Numbered from the stretch's first letter, positions 1-9,045 are shown. The stretch: 64,000 bases of DNA from an uncultured Methanosarcinales archaeon (GCA_964556395.1 CAZKVR010000004.1:9025-73024); one strand, 5' to 3'. Translations and numbers: made by a program. The notes: generated from the sequence alone by a model not told the origin.

Positions 1-511
1 GCCGTTGTATGACGAAATAATAATCCCTCATGAGCCTCTCAGCAGGCACCGCGCCTTGCTCGCAGAAGGTTTCCTGTATGATAGAGAGTTGTTCCTTGAG
101 CGAACGCAGGCACCTCACGAGCTCCTTGTCGACGTCGAATCCCATGTCAGGGTCTGTTATCTTTACCCTGAACGTCTTGTCGGTCTGGTCAAGGATGTCC
201 GCTCCGAAGAGGTTTGCGACGAGCTCTTTCACTCGGTCCGCGACTGCCTCATCAGGATAGTTTATCGTCACGTCAGTATATCCATGCCTGTAGGCCCGTC
301 GCAAGTAGGAGTATGCGAAGAGCCAGTCGTCGATGGTGAGAGTGACGCTCTTTTCCTTCCTCGCAGGAGTGTCTGTGGCTACGAGCAGTTGGTGGTCTTG
401 GGCCTCGACATGGACTTCTTGGCCTTTCTTGACACCGTAGCGTTCAACCCATTTCTTGGGAAGACTCACCATGAGGGTGGCCGGGCCTTGTTGTACGACT
501 TTCCTCCGCAT
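1..511 (-). CDS. AbrB/SpoVT-domain plus PhoU-like regulator (C-terminal end runs off the window)
   Basis: Absent from the ORF track because it has no stop in the window. Reverse translation from the ATG at 511 gives MRRKVVQQGPATLMVSLPKKWVERYGVKKGQEVHVEAQDHQLLV..., a typical AbrB/SpoVT N-terminus followed by a helical PhoU-like part. The + ORF 5..529 is its antisense shadow. Confidence 0.7.
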   Translation of the reverse strand, partial: MRRKVVQQGPATLMVSLPKKWVERYGVKKGQEVHVEAQDHQLLVATDTPARKEKSVTLTIDDWLFAYSYLRRAYRHGYTDVTINYPDEAVADRVKELVANLFGADILDQTDKTFRVKITDPDMGFDVDKELVRCLRSLKEQLSIIQETFCEQGAVPAERLMRDYYFVIQR

Positions 512-762
512 GACATCACCAAAATATGAACATTCGAATTTTATTATTTATTATTATAATATTATGATTAAATATATATAAAATTTTCGGTTTGTTCGGA
601 ATATGCCCGCATCAGAACGAAAACAATTACCCGAACTATTTAATTTTTTCCAAAATAAATACATAATTACCAATAATAATTATAATTGAAAAAAGTATAT
701 ATAATTTTCCGGATATATCCATAACCATTCCGGACACCAACGGAAAAACGGAGGCGAACCCC
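512..762. promoter_or_regulatory. Very A/T-rich divergent promoter spacer between two regulator genes
   Basis: This 250-bp spacer is the most A/T-rich tract in the window. It has several TATA-like runs, a GGATATATCC palindrome at 711-720 and TCCGGA repeats. Confidence 0.6.
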
Positions 763-1233
763 ATGAAAGACAAGGACCTGCTACTCATCAGCCACCTGCG
801 CAAGGACGCACGGACCCCGATGACGACCATCAGCAAGAACACCCGCATACCGGTCAGCACGATCTTCGACAAGCTCAAGACGTACAAGGACAACGTCATC
901 GACAAGCACACCTGCCTCCTCAACTTCAAGGAACTCGGCTACGAGGTGAAAGCCCACCTCCTCTTCAAAGTGCAAAAAGAACAACGCGAAGACTTCCTCA
1001 TGTACATCCGGACGCACGGCAGCACGAACAACATCTTCAGGGTCAACAACGGCTACGACTACCTCGTCGAAGCGGTCTTCAGGAACCTACACGAACTGCA
1101 GGAGTTCTACGAGGAGACAGAACAACGAGGAGCGGAAGACAAGCAAGAACACTTCGTACTGGAAGACGTGGCGCGAGAACAATTCCTCAACCACACACCA
1201 GGGTTCGAGATCATGAACGGACTACGAAAGTGA
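763..1233 (+). CDS. Lrp/AsnC family transcriptional regulator
   Basis: It has an N-terminal HTH (DLLLISHLRKDARTPMTTISKNTRIPVSTIFDKLK) followed by a RAM-like ligand domain. The size, 156 aa, is typical of the family. Confidence 0.85.
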   Translation: MKDKDLLLISHLRKDARTPMTTISKNTRIPVSTIFDKLKTYKDNVIDKHTCLLNFKELGYEVKAHLLFKVQKEQREDFLMYIRTHGSTNNIFRVNNGYDYLVEAVFRNLHELQEFYEETEQRGAEDKQEHFVLEDVAREQFLNHTPGFEIMNGLRK

Positions 1234-1375
1234 CGGAAGGAATCCGGACAACAAAGAGAGAAGCCGGAACGACTACGGAAAACACGTAGAAAGGCAGTTT
1301 AAAACGAGACCCCCGACGTAGAGGGAGAAGACAACAACACCAGAGGTACGAGAGCGATATCAAAAGGAGATAAGT

Positions 1376-2314
1376 ATGGAAGACCAAATAAAAGACGACA
1401 AACAGCTATTTGGAAACCATAGGGAATTCCGTTATATAATCACGCAAGCATGCAACTACGACTGCTTCTTCTGTCACCAGGAAGGAATATCAGAAAACCA
1501 GAAACCAGCACTTGATGCAGATGATTACAAATTCTTTTTCACAACGACGAAGAAGCATTTTGGGTCGACAACCACCACTATCAGCGGCGGAGAACCACTC
1601 ATTCGCAAAGACATCGTAGATATCACAAGAAAGCTCCAAGAAGAAGGAGCAGACACCACCATACTCACAAACGGATACCTCCTCGACAATAATATGGATA
1701 TTGGAAACCATATCAAAAGACTTAACGTATCAATCCATAGCCTAGAAAAAAATCAATACGAAGACATAGTAAGGACAGAGAACACATACGAAAAAGCAAT
1801 CCAGAACATCCGCGAATTCAGAGAAAATCATCCAAATGTTGAGGTGAGAATAAACACCGCGTTCGTCAAGGATGTTAACACATCCCCCGAACAAGTACAA
1901 CAATACCTCAACTTTGCCAAAGATATAGAAGCATCCATTAAATATATGGAAATCTATCCTAAAAATAACGAGGTTTACGAGCCGCTCGAAAAATTAGAAT
2001 CAATATTAGAAGACAAAGGATATCACTTCAAAAAGAACATCTCTAGGAAGAAGATATACAGCAAGGATGGATTTGACGTACACATAACAAAAATATTCTG
2101 CTCATCAGCAAGTGAACAAGAAAACCCCGCCGAATACTGCAAGAGAGAGAACGACATCTTCATCACACCAGAAGGATTCCTCAAACCTTGTAGAAACAAC
2201 GATTCACAAAATAACGTAAGAAACGAGACAAAACAACGGAATGAGAGCAAGCTCGTTGAAAAAATATCTGAGACAATCAACAACATCGGAGAAAAATGTT
2301 ACTTGTGCAGGTAA
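1376..2314 (+). CDS. Radical SAM enzyme, MoaA/twitch-like
   Basis: It carries the CNYDCFFC cluster motif (CxxxCxxC), a GGEPL motif, and C-terminal cysteines (FCSS..YCK..KPC..CYLC) suggestive of an auxiliary cluster. A GGAG SD lies 6-7 nt before the ATG. Codons are lower in GC than in neighbouring genes. Confidence 0.8.
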   Translation: MEDQIKDDKQLFGNHREFRYIITQACNYDCFFCHQEGISENQKPALDADDYKFFFTTTKKHFGSTTTTISGGEPLIRKDIVDITRKLQEEGADTTILTNGYLLDNNMDIGNHIKRLNVSIHSLEKNQYEDIVRTENTYEKAIQNIREFRENHPNVEVRINTAFVKDVNTSPEQVQQYLNFAKDIEASIKYMEIYPKNNEVYEPLEKLESILEDKGYHFKKNISRKKIYSKDGFDVHITKIFCSSASEQENPAEYCKRENDIFITPEGFLKPCRNNDSQNNVRNETKQRNESKLVEKISETINNIGEKCYLCR

Positions 2315-2320
2315 AAAAAA

Positions 2321-3553
2321 ATGAGGCTGGCGATAAGAGGAGGGGAAAAAACAGTCAAAAAACGAGAATCACATTACACCTGGCCAAAAATCACGGAGAA
2401 AACAAAAAAAGCCGTGATCAGTCAGTTAGAAGAGAGCATATCAATCTATGACCGATCAGGGATAATAAAAAGATTTGAAGATAAATTCGGAGAATATCAT
2501 GGACGACAATACGCGCTTCTTACGAATTCAGGAACTTCAGCTATACACTCACTTTTCACAGGCGCAAACCTCAAAAAGAATGACGAGATAATCATTCCAG
2601 CATATACGTTTCACGCCACAGCCACACCATTATTCTTCACAGGAGCCAACCCCGTTCTCGTTGATAGCGACAGGAACGGAAACATCGACCCCAATAAGAT
2701 TGAGGACTCTATCAATAGGAGAACAAAAGGCATCATGATAACGCACATGTGGGGGCAACCCTGCGAGATGGATAAAATCAACACCCTAGCCAAGAAACAT
2801 GGACTTGAATTATATGAAGATTGTTCCCACGCTCACGGAGCCACATACCAAGGAAAGAAAGTAGGAAAATTCGGAAGAGCGGCAGCCTTCAGCCTTCAAG
2901 GGAAAAAGACCATCAGTGGTGGAGAAGGAGGAATTCTCATAACAGATGACAAGGAGTTGTATCACAACGCATTGATGTTCGGACACTATAACAAACGATG
3001 CAAACAAGAAATACCACAAAATAACTTTTGGTATGATTTCGCTGTGACAGGTATGGGATTAAAATTGAGAGCCCACCCACTTGCCGTCGCTATCGCAGAA
3101 GAACAGTTCAACAACATCGACGAGATTCTCGAAGGACGAAGAAAAACCGCAGAACATCTTTCGGAAGAACTCGAAAAACTTCCTGGAATTACAACACCAA
3201 AAATAAGAGAGGGCAAAGCATCGTGGTACGCATTCGTCATGCAATACCAACCGCAAGAACTCGACAATTTACCAATAGAGAAATTCTACGCAGCATTGAA
3301 AGCAGAAGGATGCGAAGAAATAGACAGACCAGAATCAACAGGACCCCTCAACTACCAGCCATTGTTCCAGAAACCAGAAATACTCTTCCCCGACTACAAA
3401 GGACCACGATATAAACCAGGCGACTTTCCCCAAGCAGAACATTTTTATAAAAACGCCCTAAAACTACCAGTCTGGGAAACACAAGAAAGTATTATAGAAG
3501 ATTATATACAGGCCATTAAAAAAGTCGTCAATAATTATAAACAAATAATATAG
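2321..3553 (+). CDS. DegT/DnrJ/EryC1/StrS-family PLP-dependent aminotransferase
   Basis: The sequence shows SGTSAIH, the FSLQGKKTISGGEGG lysine motif, and the length and layout of sugar or aminocyclitol aminotransferases. Confidence 0.85.
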   Translation: MRLAIRGGEKTVKKRESHYTWPKITEKTKKAVISQLEESISIYDRSGIIKRFEDKFGEYHGRQYALLTNSGTSAIHSLFTGANLKKNDEIIIPAYTFHATATPLFFTGANPVLVDSDRNGNIDPNKIEDSINRRTKGIMITHMWGQPCEMDKINTLAKKHGLELYEDCSHAHGATYQGKKVGKFGRAAAFSLQGKKTISGGEGGILITDDKELYHNALMFGHYNKRCKQEIPQNNFWYDFAVTGMGLKLRAHPLAVAIAEEQFNNIDEILEGRRKTAEHLSEELEKLPGITTPKIREGKASWYAFVMQYQPQELDNLPIEKFYAALKAEGCEEIDRPESTGPLNYQPLFQKPEILFPDYKGPRYKPGDFPQAEHFYKNALKLPVWETQESIIEDYIQAIKKVVNNYKQII

Positions 3554-3562
3554 GTGAAACCA

Positions 3563-4087
3563 ATGATTGAACTTGAGAAGACCTTTTTGGCAAGAAACAT
3601 ACCTGAGAACATAAGAACATGTGAAAAGAAAGAAATAATCGACATATACATCCCGAAAGAAGAAAAACACCCTCGGCTACGCGTACGGAAAAATGGCGAC
3701 AAATACGAGATGACAAAAAAACTACCTTTAGACAACTCAGACGCCTCGAGACAAGAAGAAACAACCATCAACCTCACAGAGAAAGAATTCAAAGCCCTTG
3801 AGAGAATAGAGGGAAAAAAAGTGAAAAAGACCAGGTATTATTACCCTCACGAAGGGCAAATCGCAGAGATAGATATCTTTGAAGAAGCACTAGAAGGACT
3901 CGTTGTAATTGACTTTGAATTTGCCACCATCAAAGCACAAGAATCATTCCAAATGCCAGAATTCTGTCTGGCAGACATTACCCAAGAAGACTTCATAGCA
4001 GGAGGAATTCTTGCTGGCAAGAGCTATAAAGATATAAACAGCGAACTTGAGAAATTCAACTATAAGAAGCTGACAACACCAAAGTAG
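3563..4087 (+). CDS. CYTH-domain (triphosphate tunnel metalloenzyme) protein
   Basis: The N-terminus has the ExExK-like motif (MIELEKTFL), a later RVRKNGDKYEMTKK segment, and the size of CyaB/ThTPase-like proteins. I chose the ATG at 3563, preceded by AGGTGA, over the track's GTG at 3554. Confidence 0.7.
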   Translation: MIELEKTFLARNIPENIRTCEKKEIIDIYIPKEEKHPRLRVRKNGDKYEMTKKLPLDNSDASRQEETTINLTEKEFKALERIEGKKVKKTRYYYPHEGQIAEIDIFEEALEGLVVIDFEFATIKAQESFQMPEFCLADITQEDFIAGGILAGKSYKDINSELEKFNYKKLTTPK

Positions 4088-4448
4088 AAAGATTAAACCA
4101 AAAAACAACACCTCCAAGCGGCGACGGAACTGCTCAACTTCTAGAAGATATTATGGAAGAAACAGAAAAGTATAAAAAAACAATACAATATCTGAAACAT
4201 CATGCGAGGAACAACCACACAAAGTGATTGCCGGTGGCCACGCCACGTTCTCTAAGATAGCATCCTCGCTGTCACGACAACAAACCCTCTTCAAGCTCCT
4301 CTGCCTAGAGGACAAGCTCATCGTGTTCTGGCGCTGACGAGTTCTACAACAAACACGAACCAATTTGCGCCGACAGTAGAGGTGCGAGTGAAGGAACACC
4401 CCTCACAAAATTATCAAGAACGCAAAAAAAACATCAGAGGCTTACACG

Positions 4449-5255
4449 ATGAAACGAGAACAAAGCATGGAGCGACTCCTCATAGGAGCATACAAGATAG
4501 ATATCATAGACGAACCTCGGAAGACGCTGACGAAGGCAGAGCTCGACCAGCTAGGAACGGCAGCCATCCCAATCGTCAGGAAAGGGTTTCGGAACGACAA
4601 CATCACAGAAAGCGACATCCGGACGCACGCGCTTGACGTCGACACCGGCATCTACATCAGAGGAGAAGACGGAGAACTCATCGGCTTCGGAGGAAGCGGC
4701 CTGGAAGAGATCGACGGAAGGAGCGTCGTACACCTCAAAGGAGCGGCAATACTCCCAGAATACCAAGGAAAAGGACTGTACAACATCCTCACACCACTCC
4801 GAGCAATCCGAGAAGCGGAGAAGAATGGACCGGAAGTGTACGTCGGTACCAGAACCCAAAACCCGCGCGTGTTCGAATACATGACCGGAAAGCTAGGACT
4901 ACACCCGCACATCAACGAGGCACCGGCGAAAGACTTGGAAGACCTGGCGGAGAGCTACGCACAGCTCGTCCGCGACAAGCACAGCGACTTCAGATCACGA
5001 GAAGGAGCAGGGTTCGAGAAGGACACCTTCGTCGTCAAGAGAGCCTACGGCTTCATCGATAAACAAGGAGTGGAAAGAGGCTTCTGCATGTACGGCGACA
5101 ACCTCCCGCACGCGAAAGACAAGAACATAGACGACTACCTGAACAAGAACCTCGACTTCGACAACGGCGACGCGATGATACTCATCGGAAGGCACGACGA
5201 GGAAAGATGCGCGAGAGCATACCAGCAAGGCATAGAACGCCTCAAACAAGCATGA
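4449..5255 (+). CDS. GNAT-family N-acyltransferase-like protein
   Basis: It has the acetyl-CoA motif A-like string LPEYQGKGLY. A TATA-like AAATTATCAAG lies about 35 nt upstream. Confidence 0.6.
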   Translation: MKREQSMERLLIGAYKIDIIDEPRKTLTKAELDQLGTAAIPIVRKGFRNDNITESDIRTHALDVDTGIYIRGEDGELIGFGGSGLEEIDGRSVVHLKGAAILPEYQGKGLYNILTPLRAIREAEKNGPEVYVGTRTQNPRVFEYMTGKLGLHPHINEAPAKDLEDLAESYAQLVRDKHSDFRSREGAGFEKDTFVVKRAYGFIDKQGVERGFCMYGDNLPHAKDKNIDDYLNKNLDFDNGDAMILIGRHDEERCARAYQQGIERLKQA

Positions 5256-5295
5256 GGAAAAAGTATAAGAACAACGACAGCAAGACAGATGCAAC

Positions 5296-6123
5296 ATGAC
5301 ACTCCAACTCGAGAACAGCGAAATCATCACTAAAGACAGCGGCCGGTCAGGCCCGCACCTCGTCATCATAGGAGGGGTCCACGGCGACGAGCACTGCGGA
5401 GTACGAGCCATCGAGGACCTTGCGCCGACGTTCCAGCCGGACAAGGGTGAGGTGACGTTCATCATCGCGAACAAGAAAGCCCTCGCCCAGGACGTCCGGT
5501 TCGTCGAGAGCAACCTGAACCGGGCGTTCAACACCGACCAGCCAAAAACGCTCGAAGAACGGACAGCAGCCCAGCTCAAGCCACTCCTGGACGAGGCGGA
5601 CGCACTCCTAGACCTCCACGCCAGCAACACGGAAGGCTCGGAGCCGTTCGCTATCTGCGACGACCGGAGCGTGGACGCCGCCAAGTCGCTGCCCGTCCTC
5701 AGGATAGTCACTGGCCTGCAAGAAGGACACCCAGGCAGCACCGACGAGTATGTGAACAGGCAAGGCAAGACGGGCGTGTGCGTGGAGTGCGGCTACACGA
5801 AGGACCTCGAAGGCACGACCGCAGTGGCGAAACAAGCCATAAAAGAGTTCTGCACCAGCCAAGGAATCCTCGAAGGACAAACGACAAGGAGAGACGTCCC
5901 AGTCCTCAAGGCCGACAAGCACTACAAGAACAAACACGACACGTTCAAGCCGGCGAAGGAGTTCAAGGACTTCCAAAAGCTCAAGAAAGGAGAACTCATC
6001 GGACACGACGGCGACGAGGAAGTCCGGGCGGCCGAAGACAGCCGCATACTCTTCGTCCGGGAAACACAAGAGAAAGGCAAGGAATGCTTCCTCATCGCAC
6101 GACGACATGAGAAACACATTTAA
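5296..6123 (+). CDS. Succinylglutamate desuccinylase/aspartoacylase (AstE/AspA) family zinc hydrolase
   Basis: It has the GGVHGDEHCG zinc motif, NLNRAF, and LDLHAS. A TATA (AAAGTATAAGAAC) is centred 28 nt upstream of the ATG. Confidence 0.8.
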   Translation: MTLQLENSEIITKDSGRSGPHLVIIGGVHGDEHCGVRAIEDLAPTFQPDKGEVTFIIANKKALAQDVRFVESNLNRAFNTDQPKTLEERTAAQLKPLLDEADALLDLHASNTEGSEPFAICDDRSVDAAKSLPVLRIVTGLQEGHPGSTDEYVNRQGKTGVCVECGYTKDLEGTTAVAKQAIKEFCTSQGILEGQTTRRDVPVLKADKHYKNKHDTFKPAKEFKDFQKLKKGELIGHDGDEEVRAAEDSRILFVRETQEKGKECFLIARRHEKHI

Positions 6124-6148
6124 GCAACCACCAACCAGAACATCCAAC

Positions 6149-6739
6149 ATGGCACGAGACCAACCACCAAACCTCATCCTAGCAACCACTTCCGCCAGGG
6201 AGAAAAAAGCGTTCGAACAGCTCCACGTACCGTCCGAGGCGGTGGAGAGCGAGGTCGACGAAACAACGTACAGGACCGACGACCCAGACATCCTCGTCGC
6301 CGAATTGTCCAAGCGCAAAGCACGAGAGGTGGCCGGGAAGCACCGCAAGAAGACTATCATAGCTACGCATACCGTCGGCCACCACCGCAGGGACATCCTC
6401 GAGCAACCCCTGACCAAGGAGCGGGCCCGGCGCAAGCTGCAGGAACTGTCAGGCGAGACCCACGAAGTCCTGACAGGAGTCACCGTCATCCGAGAAGGAA
6501 TAGAAAAGACGGAGGTCGTCACGACCACGGTCGCGTTCAGGGAACTAGGCGACGAGGAGATTGACGCCTACCTCGAAGAGGACAACCAAGCAGTCAAACG
6601 AACGCTTGGGTACGACCCGCTCAAGCACCGGAGCGCGACATTCATCAAAGCCATCGAAGGCAGCCCGCACAACCTCCTCTCAGGCATGCCGTTGGAGACC
6701 GTCAAGGAGATGCTCGAGAATAAAATGTCTAAGGACTAG
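6149..6739 (+). CDS. maf: Maf-like nucleoside triphosphate pyrophosphatase
   Basis: The overall Maf layout is present (LILATTSAREKKAFEQL..., SGETHEVLTGVTV). The start is moved to the ATG at 6149, 29 nt after ACATTTAAGCA. The track start at 6107 overlaps the upstream gene. Confidence 0.75.
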   Translation: MARDQPPNLILATTSAREKKAFEQLHVPSEAVESEVDETTYRTDDPDILVAELSKRKAREVAGKHRKKTIIATHTVGHHRRDILEQPLTKERARRKLQELSGETHEVLTGVTVIREGIEKTEVVTTTVAFRELGDEEIDAYLEEDNQAVKRTLGYDPLKHRSATFIKAIEGSPHNLLSGMPLETVKEMLENKMSKD

Positions 6740-6743
6740 AGGC

Positions 6744-6911
6744 TCACCACACGATGAGCGCGACTATGACGAGCAATAGTCCGAGGCCGACGCCGCCCCA
6801 CGCGACCTGCTGGTAGAGCGTGATGGACTCGAAATAGGATATTATCTTCTCCCAGGTGTCGGTGAACCATTGCTGGACCTTCTCGAGCGAGATGTCGACC
6901 GTCTTCGCCAT
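6744..6911 (-). CDS. Small membrane protein (55 aa), unannotated in the track
   Basis: It translates as MAKTVDISLEKVQQWFTDTWEKIISYFESITLYQQVAWGGVGLGLLLVIVALIVW. G/C-ending codons match the host style and there is a C-terminal TM helix. It fills an otherwise empty 210-bp gap. Confidence 0.5.
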   Translation of the reverse strand: MAKTVDISLEKVQQWFTDTWEKIISYFESITLYQQVAWGGVGLGLLLVIVALIVW

Positions 6912-6949
6912 ATGACCACTCATTATCTCAAGAGTTTAAAAGCTTTTTC

Positions 6950-8047
6950 CTAGAAGAGGTGGAGCTCCAAGATGTCACCGTCCCGGAGGCCGTGGTGGAG
7001 CATGTGCTTCTGGCCGGGGAACTTGGCCGACTTCCCCCAGACGCGGGAGTAGCGGAACCGCTTGACGAAATCCTTGTGGAGCTTCCGGCACACATCCCTG
7101 ATGGTGGAGCCCTTCGGCATGATGAGCGGCTCCTCCAGGTCGGCGTCCTTGTTCGGCTCCTTCATGAAGATACGGATGAGATCGAGCTTCTCGAAAATGA
7201 GCTCTTTGAGGTCCTCCAGATGGTCGCGCTTCTGAGCGCTGACGAGCATGTCGGCATCCAACTCACGACCGACGGCCTCGGCCCGCTCCGACGACACCTG
7301 GTCGACCTTGTTGACGACGGTGATGGCGGGTACGTAGTGCTTGTTACCCTCGATCACGTCGATGAGCTGGTCGGCGGAGATGTCATCCCTGATGACGACG
7401 TCGGCGTTGTTGATGCGGAACTCCTTGAGGATGCTCTCGATCGTCTCGTCATCGAGCCTGGTCAAGCGGCACGTCTTGCCGATCTTGATGCCATCCTTGC
7501 TCGTCTTGCGGATCTTCACGACAGGGGGACGCTCGTTCACCCTGATGTGGGCGTCCCGGACCTCCTTCAACAGGATGTCCTTGTGCTCGGGGTGGTGGAC
7601 GTCCACCAACAATAGTATGAGGTCAGCGTTACGCAACACGGAGAACACCTCGGTGCCGCGGCCCTTGCCGGAAGCCGCGCCGTGGACGACGCCGGGGACG
7701 TCCAACACCTGTATGCGGGCGTGGGCGTACTCCATCATGCCAGGGATGACATGGAGGGTTGTGAAGGCGTAGCTCCCCACCTCGCTCTCAGCGTTGGTCA
7801 GGCCGTTGAGCAAGGTGCTCTTGCCCACGGACGGGAAGCCGAGGAGGACGACGGTGCCGTCGCCGGTCTTCCGCACGCTATAGCCGCCGCCGGACGCGGC
7901 GGAGCCAGCCCTACGGGCCTCCTCCTTCTCCTTCAAGCGGGCGAGCTGGGCCTTGTACAGGCCTATGGCATGCTGTGTCCGCTTGTTGTACTGGCTGTTG
8001 CTGATGAGGTCCTCCAACTCCTTGATACGCTCCTCAGTGCTCGCCAT
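6950..8047 (-). CDS. DRG/Obg-family GTPase with C-terminal TGS domain
   Basis: It has GFPSVGKST (G1), DVPG (G3), NKVD (G4) and a TGS-like tail. The start is trimmed to MASTEERIKELE, 26 nt downstream of a GTTAAAAACG box. Confidence 0.9.
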   Translation of the reverse strand: MASTEERIKELEDLISNSQYNKRTQHAIGLYKAQLARLKEKEEARRAGSAASGGGYSVRKTGDGTVVLLGFPSVGKSTLLNGLTNAESEVGSYAFTTLHVIPGMMEYAHARIQVLDVPGVVHGAASGKGRGTEVFSVLRNADLILLLVDVHHPEHKDILLKEVRDAHIRVNERPPVVKIRKTSKDGIKIGKTCRLTRLDDETIESILKEFRINNADVVIRDDISADQLIDVIEGNKHYVPAITVVNKVDQVSSERAEAVGRELDADMLVSAQKRDHLEDLKELIFEKLDLIRIFMKEPNKDADLEEPLIMPKGSTIRDVCRKLHKDFVKRFRYSRVWGKSAKFPGQKHMLHHGLRDGDILELHLF

Positions 8048-8091
8048 ACCGAGGAAGGGGAGAAGACTCGTTTTTAACACTTGCGCCGGAC

Positions 8092-9045
8092 TCAGAACCA
8101 GTCGTGTCGCCGGAAGTACCATACGAGGAAGACGACGCTGAGGATGATGACCCCCCATGCGAAGAGGTAGCCGTACTTCCACGAGAGTTCGGGCATGAAA
8201 CGGAAGTTCATACCGTACAGGCCGGTGATGAACGTGGGCAAGAGGATTATAGTGCCGTACGCGGCCATCTTCTTCATGACAGCGTTCATGTTGAGGCTCA
8301 CGGATGAGAGGTAGATGTCAAGGGTTCCGGTGAGGATGTCCCTGTAGGTGGCGACGACGTCGATGAGCTGGACCACGTCGTAATAGAGCTGGCTGAGACG
8401 CTTCCGGACGGGGTGCTTGATGTGCCTCACCTCCTCATCCTTCTGGAGGTTGACGAGGACGTCCCGGTTGGCCGACAACGACTTGTGGAAGTAGATGAGC
8501 GTCCGCTTCAAGGAGAAGATGCGCTTGACGGTCCGCTGGTCGGGCTTGGAGAACACGGAATCCTCTATCCTATCGATGTGGTCTTCGACCTCATTGAGGC
8601 GGGTGAAGAAGTCCCCGATGATACTCTCGAGAAGCCTGTAGAACAGGCTGCTCGTACCCTCCTTCAAGACTGCTTGGAGGTCGTCGTCAGGCATGGCGAG
8701 CGTGTCGGAGATGCTCTTCACCTCGTCCTTGTGGAGAGTGATGAGGAGCCGCTCGCTGATGAGGAACGCGACTGCCGTGGTGGAGACGCCCTTGCCGTGG
8801 TTGGAGGTGCGCGGGCTGCGGCACACGACGACCGAGAAGTGTCCGGACTCGCCCACGCGCGGCAGCTCGTCGCGGTCGAGGAAGGTCTTGAGGTCGTGCT
8901 TGGGCAGCTTGACCAACGAAGCGACCTTTGTCAGGTCAGCTTCGGACGGGTTGTTGAGGTCGAGCCACTTGATGCGGTGATAGTCCATCCCCTCCAAGGA
9001 GGAGCGGTAGAGTCCGTGGCTGCCCGCCTCGAGAAGGATGGTCAT
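8092..9045 (-). CDS. corA: CorA-family magnesium/cobalt transporter
   Basis: The YGMNF signature is present, followed by two C-terminal TM helices. The start is set at MTILLEAG (9045), 27-28 nt from the TTTTTTATAT box at 9068-9077. Confidence 0.9.
   Translation of the reverse strand: MTILLEAGSHGLYRSSLEGMDYHRIKWLDLNNPSEADLTKVASLVKLPKHDLKTFLDRDELPRVGESGHFSVVVCRSPRTSNHGKGVSTTAVAFLISERLLITLHKDEVKSISDTLAMPDDDLQAVLKEGTSSLFYRLLESIIGDFFTRLNEVEDHIDRIEDSVFSKPDQRTVKRIFSLKRTLIYFHKSLSANRDVLVNLQKDEEVRHIKHPVRKRLSQLYYDVVQLIDVVATYRDILTGTLDIYLSSVSLNMNAVMKKMAAYGTIILLPTFITGLYGMNFRFMPELSWKYGYLFAWGVIILSVVFLVWYFRRHDWF

Noticed and set aside
5-529. A 174-aa + strand ORF at the window start
   Set aside because: The opposite strand encodes a clear AbrB/PhoU-like protein across the same span. 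The + frame has no recognisable motifs and is an antisense shadow typical of GC3-rich coding DNA.
4334-4341. CTGACGAG, similar to the hammerhead ribozyme core CUGAUGAG
   Set aside because: It differs at one core position, and no flanking helices or GAAA element complete a hammerhead fold.
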